Of a stretch of DNA of 64,000 nucleotides, positions 1 to 9,672 are shown in pieces (position 1 is the stretch's first letter; every line of letters starts with the position of its first letter). The notes under the pieces were generated by a model that saw only the letters and a list, made by a program, of their open reading frames with translations, made no database searches and was not told the DNA's origin. Made by a program: the position numbers and the translations under genes. The stretch is taken from positions 256,001-320,000 of the forward strand of contig CAVZYA010000003.1 of the NCBI GenBank assembly GCA_963779415.1, written 5' to 3'. The DNA comes from an uncultured Acidobacteriota bacterium. GTDB taxonomy: Bacteria > Acidobacteriota > Thermoanaerobaculia > UBA5066.

Positions 1-2
1 GC

Positions 3-320
3 GACCACTATCTCGCGCTGAGCCGATCCTGCCCGGGCCTTCCGTTCTATCCCGTCCAGCAGCTCTCATACGAGGTGTCCGGACCGACCAGTGAGCCGGC
101 CGAAGATCGCGTCCGCGTTCCCGCCGGCTGGCTGCTCGAGCAGCTCGGGTGGAAGGGGAAGAGAGTGCGTCACTGCGGCCTCTGGCCGCAACAGGCGCTC
201 ACCATCGTCAACTACGGCGGTGCGAGCCCGCGTGAGGTTCTGGACCTCGTCGAAAGCATCCGCGAAGCTTTCCTCTCGCGATACGACATCGCGCTCGAGA
301 ACGAGGTCGAGATCATTTAG
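3..320 (+). CDS. murB: UDP-N-acetylmuramate dehydrogenase, C-terminal part (5' end outside window)
   Basis: Frame open from window edge; PAGWLLEQLGWKG...QALTIVNYGGA...LENEV matches the MurB C-terminal domain. Confidence 0.85.
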   Translation, partial: DHYLALSRSCPGLPFYPVQQLSYEVSGPTSEPAEDRVRVPAGWLLEQLGWKGKRVRHCGLWPQQALTIVNYGGASPREVLDLVESIREAFLSRYDIALENEVEII

Positions 321-337
321 GGGACAGGGCAACCCCC

Positions 338-558
338 TCAGTACGGCATCTCCTCGTCGTCAAGGCCGAAGTAGTGGCCCAGCTCGTGGACGACGGTGTC
401 CTTGATCTCGTTCACCGCCTCCCGGTTCGATCGGGTGCAGCGAAGGATGGGGCCGCGGAAGACGGCGATCTCCGGGGGGAGGCCGGGAATGTCGGACCAG
501 GTCATCTCGGTCCGCATCGGGCCGCGGTAGATGCCGAAGAGTTCCTCGTCGTCGGGGG
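338..558 (-). pseudogene. 5'-truncated second copy of the zincin gene at 1347..1730
   Basis: Ungapped match to 1347..1567; encodes PDDEELFG...HELGHYFGLDDEEMPY* with 5 aa changes; no in-frame start. Confidence 0.9.
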
Positions 559-560
559 CA

Positions 561-580
561 TATAATTGGGGTCAGACCCC
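561..580. repeat. REP-like palindrome TATAATT-GGGGTCAGACCCC
   Basis: GGGGTC-A-GACCCC inverted repeat at the duplication breakpoint; ATTGGGGTCAG recurs at 45636 and 45751. Confidence 0.55.
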
Positions 581-585
581 TCTCC

Positions 586-1242
586 CTAGTTCGCCTGCGC
601 CCGGGCCTTCTCTTCGATCGTCGCCTTGCTCTTCAGGATCGTGTCGACGATCTCGGCGGCCAGCTTCTTGATGTCGGCGCTCGACTCCACCTTGCCAATG
701 ACGAACTTGGCCGCCACGACGTACGGGTTCCACCCGACCGGCGGGCCCTGCCCGCGAAGCGCCTCGGCCGTCCCGAAGACGATGAAAGGGGCGGCAGGGT
801 TCACGGCGAGATCGGCCACGCTGACGGTGACCTGCGTGTTCGCCGGGTCGGGTTTTCCCGTCAGAAACGACGGCATCTGCATCCTGCCGGTCTGACTGTC
901 GATCGCGTAGAAGATCCCCGTGACGAGCCAGCCGGCCTTGGGAAGCGCCGCCTCACGGGAGATGCGCTGCGCCGTATAGCCCGCGGACTTGAACGCGTCG
1001 GCAACCGCGCCGGAGAGCGATCCCGCGCTCGTCACGGCCTTCTCGCTGGCACGGTTGCCGCGGAGGGAAGAGTGGGGACCCTTCCGGGACGAGCCGCCCT
1101 GGTCGCCGGTATGGGCCTCGAAGTCCCGGACGTAGATCGTGCGCGGCGCCGGCGTCGCCTCCGCAGGCACCTGAGCCTGCGTTTTCAGGGCGCAGCCCAG
1201 TCCGAGCAGTACCAACGGGCCGACTCGCATGATGCTCGTCAC
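586..1242 (-). CDS. Exported hypothetical protein (DUF4410-like)
   Basis: AAGGAGG before GTG; signal peptide; IYVRDF motif; family call by recall. Confidence 0.6.
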   Translation of the reverse strand: MTSIMRVGPLVLLGLGCALKTQAQVPAEATPAPRTIYVRDFEAHTGDQGGSSRKGPHSSLRGNRASEKAVTSAGSLSGAVADAFKSAGYTAQRISREAALPKAGWLVTGIFYAIDSQTGRMQMPSFLTGKPDPANTQVTVSVADLAVNPAAPFIVFGTAEALRGQGPPVGWNPYVVAAKFVIGKVESSADIKKLAAEIVDTILKSKATIEEKARAQAN

Positions 1243-1346
1243 GTCCCGCCTCCTTCGCGCATCGAGGAGCGATCATAGATCACGGCCCCACGCATGAAGA
1301 GGGAATCGAATCGCTCCGGTACGAGTAGGCGTCCCCGGGCGCACTC

Positions 1347-1730
1347 TCAGTACGGCATCTCCTCGTCGTCGAGGCCGAAGTAGTGCCCCAGCTCGTGGAC
1401 GACGGTGTCCTTGATCTCTTTCACCGCTTCCCGGTTGTTGCGGGTACAACGGAGGATCGGGCCGCGAAAGATGGCGATCTCGGAGGGGAGGCCGGGCAGG
1501 TCGGACCAGGTCATCTCGGTCCGCATCGGGCCGCGGTAGATGCCGAAGAGCTCCTCGTCGTCGGGGGTGTCGGTCAGGACGCAGTCGTCCTCGGTCGGCT
1601 CCTCCTCGACGGCGATGACGACGTTCTCGAGCCGGTCCTTGAATTCCTTCGGCAGCTCCTCGAGGGCTTCCTCGACGAGCTTCTCGAACTGGGCCATCGT
1701 CAGGCGGGGAGGGCGGCCGGCGCGTCTCAT
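1347..1730 (-). CDS. Zincin-like metallopeptidase family protein
   Basis: HELGH motif, LFGIYRG, IFRGPI; ATGA overlap with tatD stop. Confidence 0.85.
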   Translation of the reverse strand: MRRAGRPPRLTMAQFEKLVEEALEELPKEFKDRLENVVIAVEEEPTEDDCVLTDTPDDEELFGIYRGPMRTEMTWSDLPGLPSEIAIFRGPILRCTRNNREAVKEIKDTVVHELGHYFGLDDEEMPY

Positions 1731-2548
1731 GGCGTCCGGAAGAGGCGGCGGAAGTTGGCCGTCGTGACCGCCGCGACCTCGGCGACCGGGACCCCCTTCA
1801 CCTCGGCGAGGCGCTCCGCCGTCCGAGGAAGGAGCGACGGCTCGTTCGGCTTTCCGCGGAAGGGGGCGGGGGCGAGGTACGGCGCGTCGGTCTCGACGAG
1901 CATCGAGTCGAGCGGCAGGACAGCGGCGGAGGCGCGGACGTTGTCGGCCGCGCCAAAGGTGATCATCCCCGAGAACGAGACGAGATAGCCGAAGGCGATC
2001 GCGCGGCGGCCCGTCTCGACATCCGCACAGAAGGAATGGAGGACCCCACGAAGGGCCCCCGGATCGCCCCGGTACTCCCCTTCGAGGATCGGGAGGAGAT
2101 CGCCCTCCGAGTTCCGGTTATGAAGGAGCACCGGAAGGCCTCTCTCCCGCGCAAACCGGAGCTGGGCCGAGAGGACGCGTTTCTGAACGTCGCGCGGGGA
2201 GTGGTCGTAGTGGTAGTCGAGGCCGATCTCCCCCACCGCCACGACCTTCTTCGAGGCGCAAAGCTCGTCGAAGAGCCGGAGGTCGGCGTCCTCGTCGAAG
2301 TCCTTCGCTTCGTGAGGGTGGATGCCGACCGCCGCGAAGACCCCCTCGTACGCCTCTGCGATCTCCACCGCGAGACGAAGGTCTCCCCGGCAGGTCCCCG
2401 GCACGAGCATCCGCGTGACGCCGGCGTCACGCGCGCGGCCGACAAGGCCCGCGACCTCGGGGGCGGAGGGCGCCCGAGGGCGCTCGCGCGTCGTGCCGCC
2501 CTCGAAGACCATCGTCAGATGGCCGTGCGAGTCGGCCAGCTCGACCAT
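1727..2548 (-). CDS. tatD: TatD family nuclease
   Basis: DSHGHL, GIHPH, VGEIGLDY, ETDAPY. Confidence 0.92.
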   Translation of the reverse strand: MVELADSHGHLTMVFEGGTTRERPRAPSAPEVAGLVGRARDAGVTRMLVPGTCRGDLRLAVEIAEAYEGVFAAVGIHPHEAKDFDEDADLRLFDELCASKKVVAVGEIGLDYHYDHSPRDVQKRVLSAQLRFARERGLPVLLHNRNSEGDLLPILEGEYRGDPGALRGVLHSFCADVETGRRAIAFGYLVSFSGMITFGAADNVRASAAVLPLDSMLVETDAPYLAPAPFRGKPNEPSLLPRTAERLAEVKGVPVAEVAAVTTANFRRLFRTP

Positions 2549-2550
2549 CG

Positions 2551-3456
2551 TCAGCGGGGCGTGACCACCGGCACGCCGCCCTGGCTGTAGAACTCGAGGA
2601 TCTTCTGCCACGCCTCGGCCCCCGTCTCGGCCCAGCTGACGAGGCGGAGGTCGTCCGCTCCGACGAGCCCTTCCTCGAGGAGGAACTCCCAGTCGATCAG
2701 CTTTTCCCAGAACTCGCGCCCCACGAGGATCATCGGGATCCGGTCCATCTTCCCCGTCTGGATCAGCGTGAGTGCCTCGAACAGCTCGTCCAGCGTGCCG
2801 AATCCCCCCGGGAAGGCGACGAGCGCCTTGGCGCGGACGAGGAAGTGCATCTTCCGGATGCCGAAATACTGGAAGAGGAAACAGAGGTCCGGCGAGATGT
2901 AGGGGTTCGGCACCTGCTCGCGCGGGAGGAGGATGTTGAGGCCGATGCTCTTGGCGCCGACGTCCCAGGCGCCGCGGTTGGCGGCCTCCATGATCCCCGG
3001 CCCGCCGCCGGTCGTGACGACGAAATCGCAGAAGCCCCCCTTCTGGCAGGTGGAGGAGAGGATCCGCGAAAACTCACGCGCCTCCTCGTAGTAGCGCGCG
3101 CCCGCGGCGAGGCGCCGCGCCGTCTCGAGGGCGCGCGCGGCCGTCGGGTCTCCCGGATGGGCCGCCGCGGCGGCCTCGGCCACCTTGACGCGCGCTTCGG
3201 CCACGTCCTTCTCGACGACACGGGAACTGCCGAAGACGACGATCGTGGAGCGGACGTTCTCCTCCCGAAGCGCCATCTCCGTCTTCTCCAGCTCGAGCAG
3301 CAGGCGGACGCCCCGAAGCTCCGGCCGGGAGAGAAAAGCGAGGTCTTCCTGCACCTTGAGGTAGGTCGACGAGGAGAGAATCCGCGAGAGGTTCTCCTTC
3401 GAGGCCGAGTCGGCCCCGATCTTCGGGCCCTTCAGGTCCTCCGGGTCCACTTTCAT
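2551..3456 (-). CDS. LOG family (TIGR00730-like) phosphoribohydrolase
   Basis: TGGGPGIMEAANRGA and PGGFGTLDE. Confidence 0.88.
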   Translation of the reverse strand: MKVDPEDLKGPKIGADSASKENLSRILSSSTYLKVQEDLAFLSRPELRGVRLLLELEKTEMALREENVRSTIVVFGSSRVVEKDVAEARVKVAEAAAAAHPGDPTAARALETARRLAAGARYYEEAREFSRILSSTCQKGGFCDFVVTTGGGPGIMEAANRGAWDVGAKSIGLNILLPREQVPNPYISPDLCFLFQYFGIRKMHFLVRAKALVAFPGGFGTLDELFEALTLIQTGKMDRIPMILVGREFWEKLIDWEFLLEEGLVGADDLRLVSWAETGAEAWQKILEFYSQGGVPVVTPR

Positions 3457-3460
3457 CCCG

Positions 3461-5544
3461 TTACTTCACCTTCGCGCCGGAGGGGACCGCCGGGTCGACC
3501 ATCAGGAGCGAGGGCTCGCCGCTCTCCGGAAACGTCGCCGCGAGGATCATCCCGTTCGACTCGACCCCCATCAGCTTCGCCGGCGCGAGGTTGTAGACGA
3601 AGGCGAACTTCTTCCCGACGAGCTGCTCCGCCACGTAGGCCGTCGCGATGCCTCCCACGATCGTCCGGACCTCATCGGCGAACTTCACCGTCATCTTCAT
3701 CAGCTTCTTCGACTTCTCGACCTTCTCCGCCGCGATCACCTCGCCGACGCGGAACTCGATGCGCGAGAACTCCTCGATCGTGATCCGCGCCGCCTGCGGC
3801 GCCGCCGAGGGCACCGGGAGATTTTGCTTAGAAAGGGAATCGGGCAGACCCGCCGCCGGAGCCGCGCCTGCCGGCGTAGGCGCTGCGGCTGGCTGATTAC
3901 CCTTCGAAGCATCGGTGCTCTTTTCGTCTATCACTTTGGTCTCCTTACTGATGCTGGGCCCGCCCTCGCCTCTGGAAGCAAAGAAAGCTTTCGTGTCGGC
4001 CCTCGGGAAGAGCGGCGGCGCGGGCTCGAGCGGGGCGCCGAGGGGGAGCTGTCCCCAGGCGAGGTCCTTCTCGGTGACGTCCGCCGACGCGCTTCGGCGC
4101 GCCGAGCCGGCGGAGGATCTCCTCGGCGGTGCCGGGCGCGATCGGCGAAAGGAGCACCGCCGCGATCCGGAGGCCTTCGAGGCAGTCATAGAGGATGTGG
4201 TGAAGCTGCGGCGTCGACCCCTTGAGTCTTCGCGATCTTCCAGGGCTCGTTCGTCGAGATGTAGCCGTCGATGGCCTGAAGCAGCAGACGGATCGGCTCC
4301 CGCGGCGTCCTGGAGCCGGTACTCCTCGAAGGCGTCGTTCCAGAGCCGCGACGCGACGCTTCGGCCGCGCGGCGGGAAGATCGATTCGGATTTCCCCGCT
4401 CCGACGGCGTCTTCCCGCCGAAGGCGTCCGCCGCCATCCGGACGGCGCGTGAGAGGGTGTTCCCGAGGCCGTTCGCGAGGTCCGCGTTGTAGGCGGTCAG
4501 GAAGGCCTCATCCGAGAAATTCGCGTCCTGCCCGAACGCCATCTCCGAGACGAGGTGCCACCGAAGCGGGTCGACGCCGAAGGTGGCGACCAGCTCGTCG
4601 GGGCGGACGACGTTTCCGACGGTCTTCGACATCTTCCGGTCGTCCTTCAGCCAGAAGCCGTGGCTCACGACCTGCGTCGGAAGCGGAAGGCCCGCCGACA
4701 TCAGGAACGCGGGCCAGAAGACGGCGTGGAAGCGGAGGATGTCCTTGCCGACGACGTGGACGGCCGTCGCGTCGCTTCCGCTCGAAGGCCAGAAATCCCG
4801 ATAGAGCGCGTCGCCCGTCCCGCCGAAGCCGAGCGCGCTCAGGTAGTTCGTCAGGGCGTCCAGCCAGACGTAGACGACGTGCCCCGGGTAGCCCGGAAAC
4901 GGGATCCCCCAGGAGACGCTCGTCCGCGAGACCGAAAGGTCCTTCAGCCCCGCGGCGACGAACGACCTGACCTCGTTGAGACGACTCTCGGGGAAGACGA
5001 AAGGGACCCCGCCGGTTCCCTTCTCGTAGAGCGCCAGAAGCGGCGCCTCGTACTTCGAGAGGCGGAAGAAGACGTTCTCCTCCTTCTCCCAGTCGAGCTT
5101 CGTCCCGTGGACGGGGCAGACCCCCTCCGCGAGGTCTTTTTCCGGGTAGAACGCCTCGCACGGCGCGCAGTACCAACCCTCGTGCGACTTCACGTAGAAG
5201 TCCCCCGCGGCCGCGATCCGCCGGATGATCTCCTCGACGCCGGCACGATGCCGCGCTTCGGTCGTCCGGATGAAGTCGTCGTTCGAGATCCCGAACGTTC
5301 TCCAGAGCGTCTGGAACGTCGGCGCGTTCCGGTCCGCCACCGCGATCGGCTCGATTCCTTCCTTGCGGGCCACCTTCTCGATGTTCTGGCCGTGCTCGTC
5401 AGTCCCCGTCAGGAACCGGACGGTGTCGCCCCCGAGGCGCTGCCGGCGCGTCAGGACATCCGTCACGACCGTCGTGTAGAGGTGCCCGATGTGCGGCCGG
5501 TCGTTGACGTAGTAGATCGGCGTCGTGAAGTAGCGGTGAGCCAT
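3461..5544 (-). CDS. metG: Methionyl-tRNA synthetase with C-terminal tRNA-binding domain (frameshifted at about 4.1-4.4 kb)
   Basis: TTPIYYVN, HIGH, GTDEHG, KMSKT; C-terminal NLAPAKLMGVESNGM lies in another frame. Confidence 0.92.
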
Positions 5545-5579
5545 GAGCCGCCGAAGGATAGCCCCAAAGCGCCCCGTCT

Positions 5580-6293
5580 TTAGCGCGGGAGGAGGCCCCG
5601 CCTGAGGAACGAGACCCAGCCCCCGCGTCCGACGACGAGATGGTCGCGGACCGCGATGCCGATCTCTCTCCCTGCAGCCGCGAAGCGCGCCGTCGTGGCG
5701 ACGTCGTCGGGCGAGGGCTCCGGGTCGCCGGAGGGGTGGTTGTGCCAGAGGACCACGCCGATCGCCCCGGCGAGGATCGCCTGCCGGAAGAGAGGCGACG
5801 GCGAGACCGCCGCATGCGCCCCGCCCCCGGAGAAGACGATGGCGTTCTTGAGGAGACGGTTCTTCGCGTCGAGAAGGAGCGCCCCCATCTGCTCGCGCGT
5901 CTCGCCCGCGAGGAGGCGCATCAGGAACTCCGAAGCCGCCTCCGGGTCGGCGATTACGTCGCGCGAGGCGAGGTCGCTCCGGCCGATCCGGGTGGCGATC
6001 TCGAGAACCGCCGCGACACGCGCCGCCTTCGCGTCGCCGATCCCCGTCACGTGCTTCCGGAGTTCGTCCGCTCCCATCCGGAAGAGGCCGTGGAGACCGC
6101 CCGGGGCGAGCAGCTCGGACGCCAGCTCGAGGACGCCGCGCCCCGCCCGCCCCGTCCCGAGGATCACCGCCAGAAGCTCCTCGTCGGCGAGGGCGGATGC
6201 GCCCTTCGCGAGAAGCTTCTCGCGCGGCCGGTCCTCTTTCGGCACTCCGGCCAGCCGGCCGGTCTTCGGCCCGGAGGGACGGCGCGCCGTCAC
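5580..6293 (-). CDS. radC: RadC/UPF0758 JAB-domain protein
   Basis: RPREKL, GIGDAKA, HNHPSGDPEPSPDD, DHLV; GTGA overlap with cobB stop. Confidence 0.9.
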   Translation of the reverse strand: MTARRPSGPKTGRLAGVPKEDRPREKLLAKGASALADEELLAVILGTGRAGRGVLELASELLAPGGLHGLFRMGADELRKHVTGIGDAKAARVAAVLEIATRIGRSDLASRDVIADPEAASEFLMRLLAGETREQMGALLLDAKNRLLKNAIVFSGGGAHAAVSPSPLFRQAILAGAIGVVLWHNHPSGDPEPSPDDVATTARFAAAGREIGIAVRDHLVVGRGGWVSFLRRGLLPR

Positions 6294-7039
6294 CGCGCGC
6301 CGAGCGCGTGCGCGAGGGCGGCCATCACCTCCGAGGCGCTCGTCCGGAAGACCCCTTCGGCGAGGGGGGCGATCGGCGTGGCTTCCGGGTTGATCTCGAA
6401 GAGATGCGCCCCCGCCCGCGCCGCCATGAGCCCGAGAGAGGAAGCCGGCGCCACGACGGAGGAGGTGCCGACGACGAGGAAGACGGCGCTCTCCTCGGCG
6501 GCCGTCTCGGCAGCGTGCCAGGCCTCCGGGGGAAGCGACTCCCCGAACCAGACGACGTCGGGACGGAGAAGCGCGGCGCAGAGCGGGCAATGGGGCGGGA
6601 GAGCCTCGAACGGGCGATCGGGCGCCGGCGAGACGTGCCCGCACCCCGAGCACCGGTCGCGGAGGATGTTTCCGTGAAGCTCGATCGGATGGCGACTCCC
6701 GGCCGCGCGGTGAAGGCCGTCCACGTTCTGCGTGATCAGCGTCATCCGCGGGATCATTGTCTCGAGGCGCGCGAGAGCGAGGTGGGCTTCGTTCGGCTTC
6801 GCCTCACGCAGCTTCTCCCGGCGCCATTCGTAAAAACGCCAGACCTTCACCGGGTCGCGGGCGAAGGCGCCGGGCGTCGCCAGCTCCTCGGCGCGCTGCC
6901 CCTCCCAGAGGCCGCCGGCTCCGCGGAAGGTCGGCAGGCCACTTTCGGCCGAGACCCCCGCGCCCGTCAGGACGGCGAGAGGCCGTCCGGCGCGTAGGTC
7001 GGAGAGGTACGGGAGGATCGGCGCGAGGTCGACGGTCAT
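6290..7039 (-). CDS. cobB: NAD-dependent deacylase (sirtuin)
   Basis: GAGVSAESGLPTFRG, TQNVDGLH, HG, two CxxC, RPDVVWFGE, GTS. Confidence 0.93.
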   Translation of the reverse strand: MTVDLAPILPYLSDLRAGRPLAVLTGAGVSAESGLPTFRGAGGLWEGQRAEELATPGAFARDPVKVWRFYEWRREKLREAKPNEAHLALARLETMIPRMTLITQNVDGLHRAAGSRHPIELHGNILRDRCSGCGHVSPAPDRPFEALPPHCPLCAALLRPDVVWFGESLPPEAWHAAETAAEESAVFLVVGTSSVVAPASSLGLMAARAGAHLFEINPEATPIAPLAEGVFRTSASEVMAALAHALGAR

Positions 7040-7878
7040 CGGGGAAGCGGCTCCTGGGTTCTCGTCCGCTCCAGCGGCCGGAAATGATACGACTCCGGAA
7101 CGGTGAACGCCGAAGCGTCCGCTCTCGTGGCGGCGCGGCGCTCGAGCCCTGACACGGTGCGCGTCGTCGTCCAGGTGGCGCGGGCGGGAGGCGCGGCACC
7201 TGCCGCGGCGCCCGTTCCGACTCCTTCCGAGAGCGCCTCGGTCGACGCCTCCAGCCGGACCCGCACCGGAAGCCCGGTCACCTTCGCCAGCTCGGTCGAG
7301 AGGGCCGACCGGGCCGCGCCCCGGACCCGGAAGAGGCGGATCAGCCCGTCGAACGGTGTCGGGATCGACGGGTCTCCCAGGTCCACCGTCTCGACGACGC
7401 CGCTCGACTCGTGCTTCAGCCTCACCACACGCCCGGACTGCGCCGAGACGAGGACGAAGGAGACCGAGACCTTCCAGCGCGAAGTCGGCCGGCCTTCGAA
7501 CGAAAGCCCGTCGCCGCTCCGGGCGGCCGAGGCCAGAACGTCCTTCAAGTCGGAGGTCGCGAGGCCTTCCGGGCCGGGGCCCGGCTGGAAGAGCGCATCG
7601 AACTCCTCGCCCGAGACCGGCGTCGCGAGCGACGCTTCCGGGTCGAGAAGAACGAGCGTGCTTCCATCCGCGATCGCGGCCCGGGCGGCGACTCCCGGAA
7701 ACCGCCCTCCCGAAAGCTCCCAGCGGGCCTTCCCGCCGAGTGCCGAAACCGTCCCGGCGAGCGCGAGGTCCCGCGGCCCCGAGGGGGTCAGGGCCCTCGT
7801 GGCCTCCACGACCTCGTAGCGGACGAGCGTCGCGGGCGGGGCGCCGAGGGCGGCCGCGAGAAGGAGCGCCGGCAGCAC
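7036..7878 (-). CDS. Exported hypothetical protein
   Basis: Signal peptide; C-terminal FTVPESY resembles DUF4412-like proteins; coupled to cobB. Confidence 0.6.
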   Translation of the reverse strand: MLPALLLAAALGAPPATLVRYEVVEATRALTPSGPRDLALAGTVSALGGKARWELSGGRFPGVAARAAIADGSTLVLLDPEASLATPVSGEEFDALFQPGPGPEGLATSDLKDVLASAARSGDGLSFEGRPTSRWKVSVSFVLVSAQSGRVVRLKHESSGVVETVDLGDPSIPTPFDGLIRLFRVRGAARSALSTELAKVTGLPVRVRLEASTEALSEGVGTGAAAGAAPPARATWTTTRTVSGLERRAATRADASAFTVPESYHFRPLERTRTQEPLPR

Positions 7879-7921
7879 GGAACGATGATCGCACGCGGCC
7901 GCCGCCCCCTAGAATGGAAGC

Positions 7922-9631
7922 GTGACCGCCGCCTTCGACGTCCAGGCTCCGCCCCGCTTTTCGCGCCTCCGGAAGGTCCGTCTCGTCGGCCGGCCCGAGC
8001 CGGTCACCTGGGTCGCGCGGATCCTCACGGCCGCGGGGCTCCTCGTCGAGCGCGTCGAGGAGAGCGCCCTCGCCGATCCCGCCGCCCTCTCGATCTGGCC
8101 GACAGTCTGGGTCGCGCGCCCCTCTGACTTTCTGGATCCACCCGAGACGGTCTGGAACTCCGGCATCCTGTCGCGCCCGGACGGGCCCCCCTGCCTCATC
8201 GTCGTCGCGCCCGGCGCCGGCGTTAACGAAGCACTTTTCCCGCGGATCCCGCTCGAGACGTTCGAGGTCGTACGGGAAGACGAGGACTCGATCCTCCTCC
8301 CGATGCGCCTCGAGCGCCTTCTCCTTCTCCACCGAAAGCGGTCGCAGGGGGAGGAGACCGCTTTCCGCGAGCGGCTGCGGGCCGAGGCGAAGCACAACGA
8401 GACGCTGGCCGCGATCGCCCTCGCCGTGCGCGACTCGCTCGATCTGGACGAAGTCCTCGGCGCGGCGGCCTCTCTCCTCGGGACGCGCCTTTCGGCCCAC
8501 TCCGTCGAGATCTGGGTCCTCGACGAGGTCGAGCCGGTCTGCCGCGTCTTTCACCACTGGAGGCCCGACCCGTCGCTCCGCACGCACGAGGTCACGGAGC
8601 GACCCCTTCCCGAGAGCGGCGCGTTTCGCCGGATCCTCGAGGACCAGGTCACCTACGTCGTCTCCGACCGCGCGGAGCTTCCGGCCGACTCGACGGAATT
8701 CGTCGGCCTCGAGCAGCTCGGCGCGCGGAGCTTCGTCGGCATCCCGATCCAACGCGAGGGACAGACGCTCGGCGTCCTCGGCCTCTCGTGGGACGAAGCG
8801 CGTCCCCTCCCTCCGGAGGAGCTTGTCTTCTTCCAGCGCGCGGCCGACCAGCTCGCCCTCGCCGTCCGCGCGGCCTACCTCTATGGCAGCCTCCAGCGCC
8901 AGGTGGAAGCGCTCGCTCTCGAGCAACGCCGGCGGGAGCTGGCCGACCGCGACCGCGAGCGGCTCACGGCGATGCTCGTCCACGACATGAAGAGCCCGCT
9001 CTCCGCCCTCTCGGCCGCGCTCGAGCTGACGCGGGACATGGAGCGCAAGCGGGGCGACGAGCGGCTCGCGAAGATGCTCGACAGCTCTCTCGCGAGCGCC
9101 CGCGGCCTCCAGGGCCTCATCGCGGACGCCCTTCTCGTCTACCGCGGCGAAGACGCCCCGGACACCGAACGCCGCCCCGTCTCGCCGGCCGAGGCGCTCG
9201 CCCTTCCGCTCGAGGAGGCCCGCTGGCTGGCGAAGGCGCGCCGCGTCGTCTTCGAGGCGGACGTCGACCCGAAGCTCCCGCCGGTCCGGATGGACGTCGG
9301 GATGCTCCGGCGCGCCGCGGCGAACCTCCTCGGAAACGCCGTGAAGTTCAGCCCGCCGGCCGGCCTCGTCACGGCGAAGGGGGAGATCGTCGCTGAGGAC
9401 GACGCGCGCTACTTCCGCTTCTCCGTCGCCGACCACGGCCCGGGCTTTCCGGCCGCCGAGCGGGCACGTCTCGCGACGCCCTACCTCCGCTTCTCCGGCT
9501 CGGAGAGCGTGCCCGGCACCGGTCTCGGCCTCACGGTCGTCCAGAAGGTGGTCCGCGCCCACCGCGGCCGCCTCGACGTCGCGCCGAACACGCCGACCGG
9601 CTCCGTCTTCAGCCTCTGGATCCCGGCGTAG
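7922..9631 (+). CDS. GAF sensor histidine kinase
   Basis: GAF (SLDLDEVL...GVLGL), H-box HDMKSPL, N-box NAVKFS, DHGPG, GTGLGL. Confidence 0.9.
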   Translation: MTAAFDVQAPPRFSRLRKVRLVGRPEPVTWVARILTAAGLLVERVEESALADPAALSIWPTVWVARPSDFLDPPETVWNSGILSRPDGPPCLIVVAPGAGVNEALFPRIPLETFEVVREDEDSILLPMRLERLLLLHRKRSQGEETAFRERLRAEAKHNETLAAIALAVRDSLDLDEVLGAAASLLGTRLSAHSVEIWVLDEVEPVCRVFHHWRPDPSLRTHEVTERPLPESGAFRRILEDQVTYVVSDRAELPADSTEFVGLEQLGARSFVGIPIQREGQTLGVLGLSWDEARPLPPEELVFFQRAADQLALAVRAAYLYGSLQRQVEALALEQRRRELADRDRERLTAMLVHDMKSPLSALSAALELTRDMERKRGDERLAKMLDSSLASARGLQGLIADALLVYRGEDAPDTERRPVSPAEALALPLEEARWLAKARRVVFEADVDPKLPPVRMDVGMLRRAAANLLGNAVKFSPPAGLVTAKGEIVAEDDARYFRFSVADHGPGFPAAERARLATPYLRFSGSESVPGTGLGLTVVQKVVRAHRGRLDVAPNTPTGSVFSLWIPA

Positions 9632-9672
9632 GGACTCGTCATCCCTTCGACGTGATCCTCGTCGCGTCGGTC

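Noticed and set aside
338-1567. Diversity-generating retroelement template/variable repeat pair
   Set aside because: Differences are not adenine-specific and no reverse transcriptase is present.
6290-7039. Sirtuin as an anti-phage SIR2 effector
   Set aside because: Canonical Zn-binding CobB in housekeeping context.
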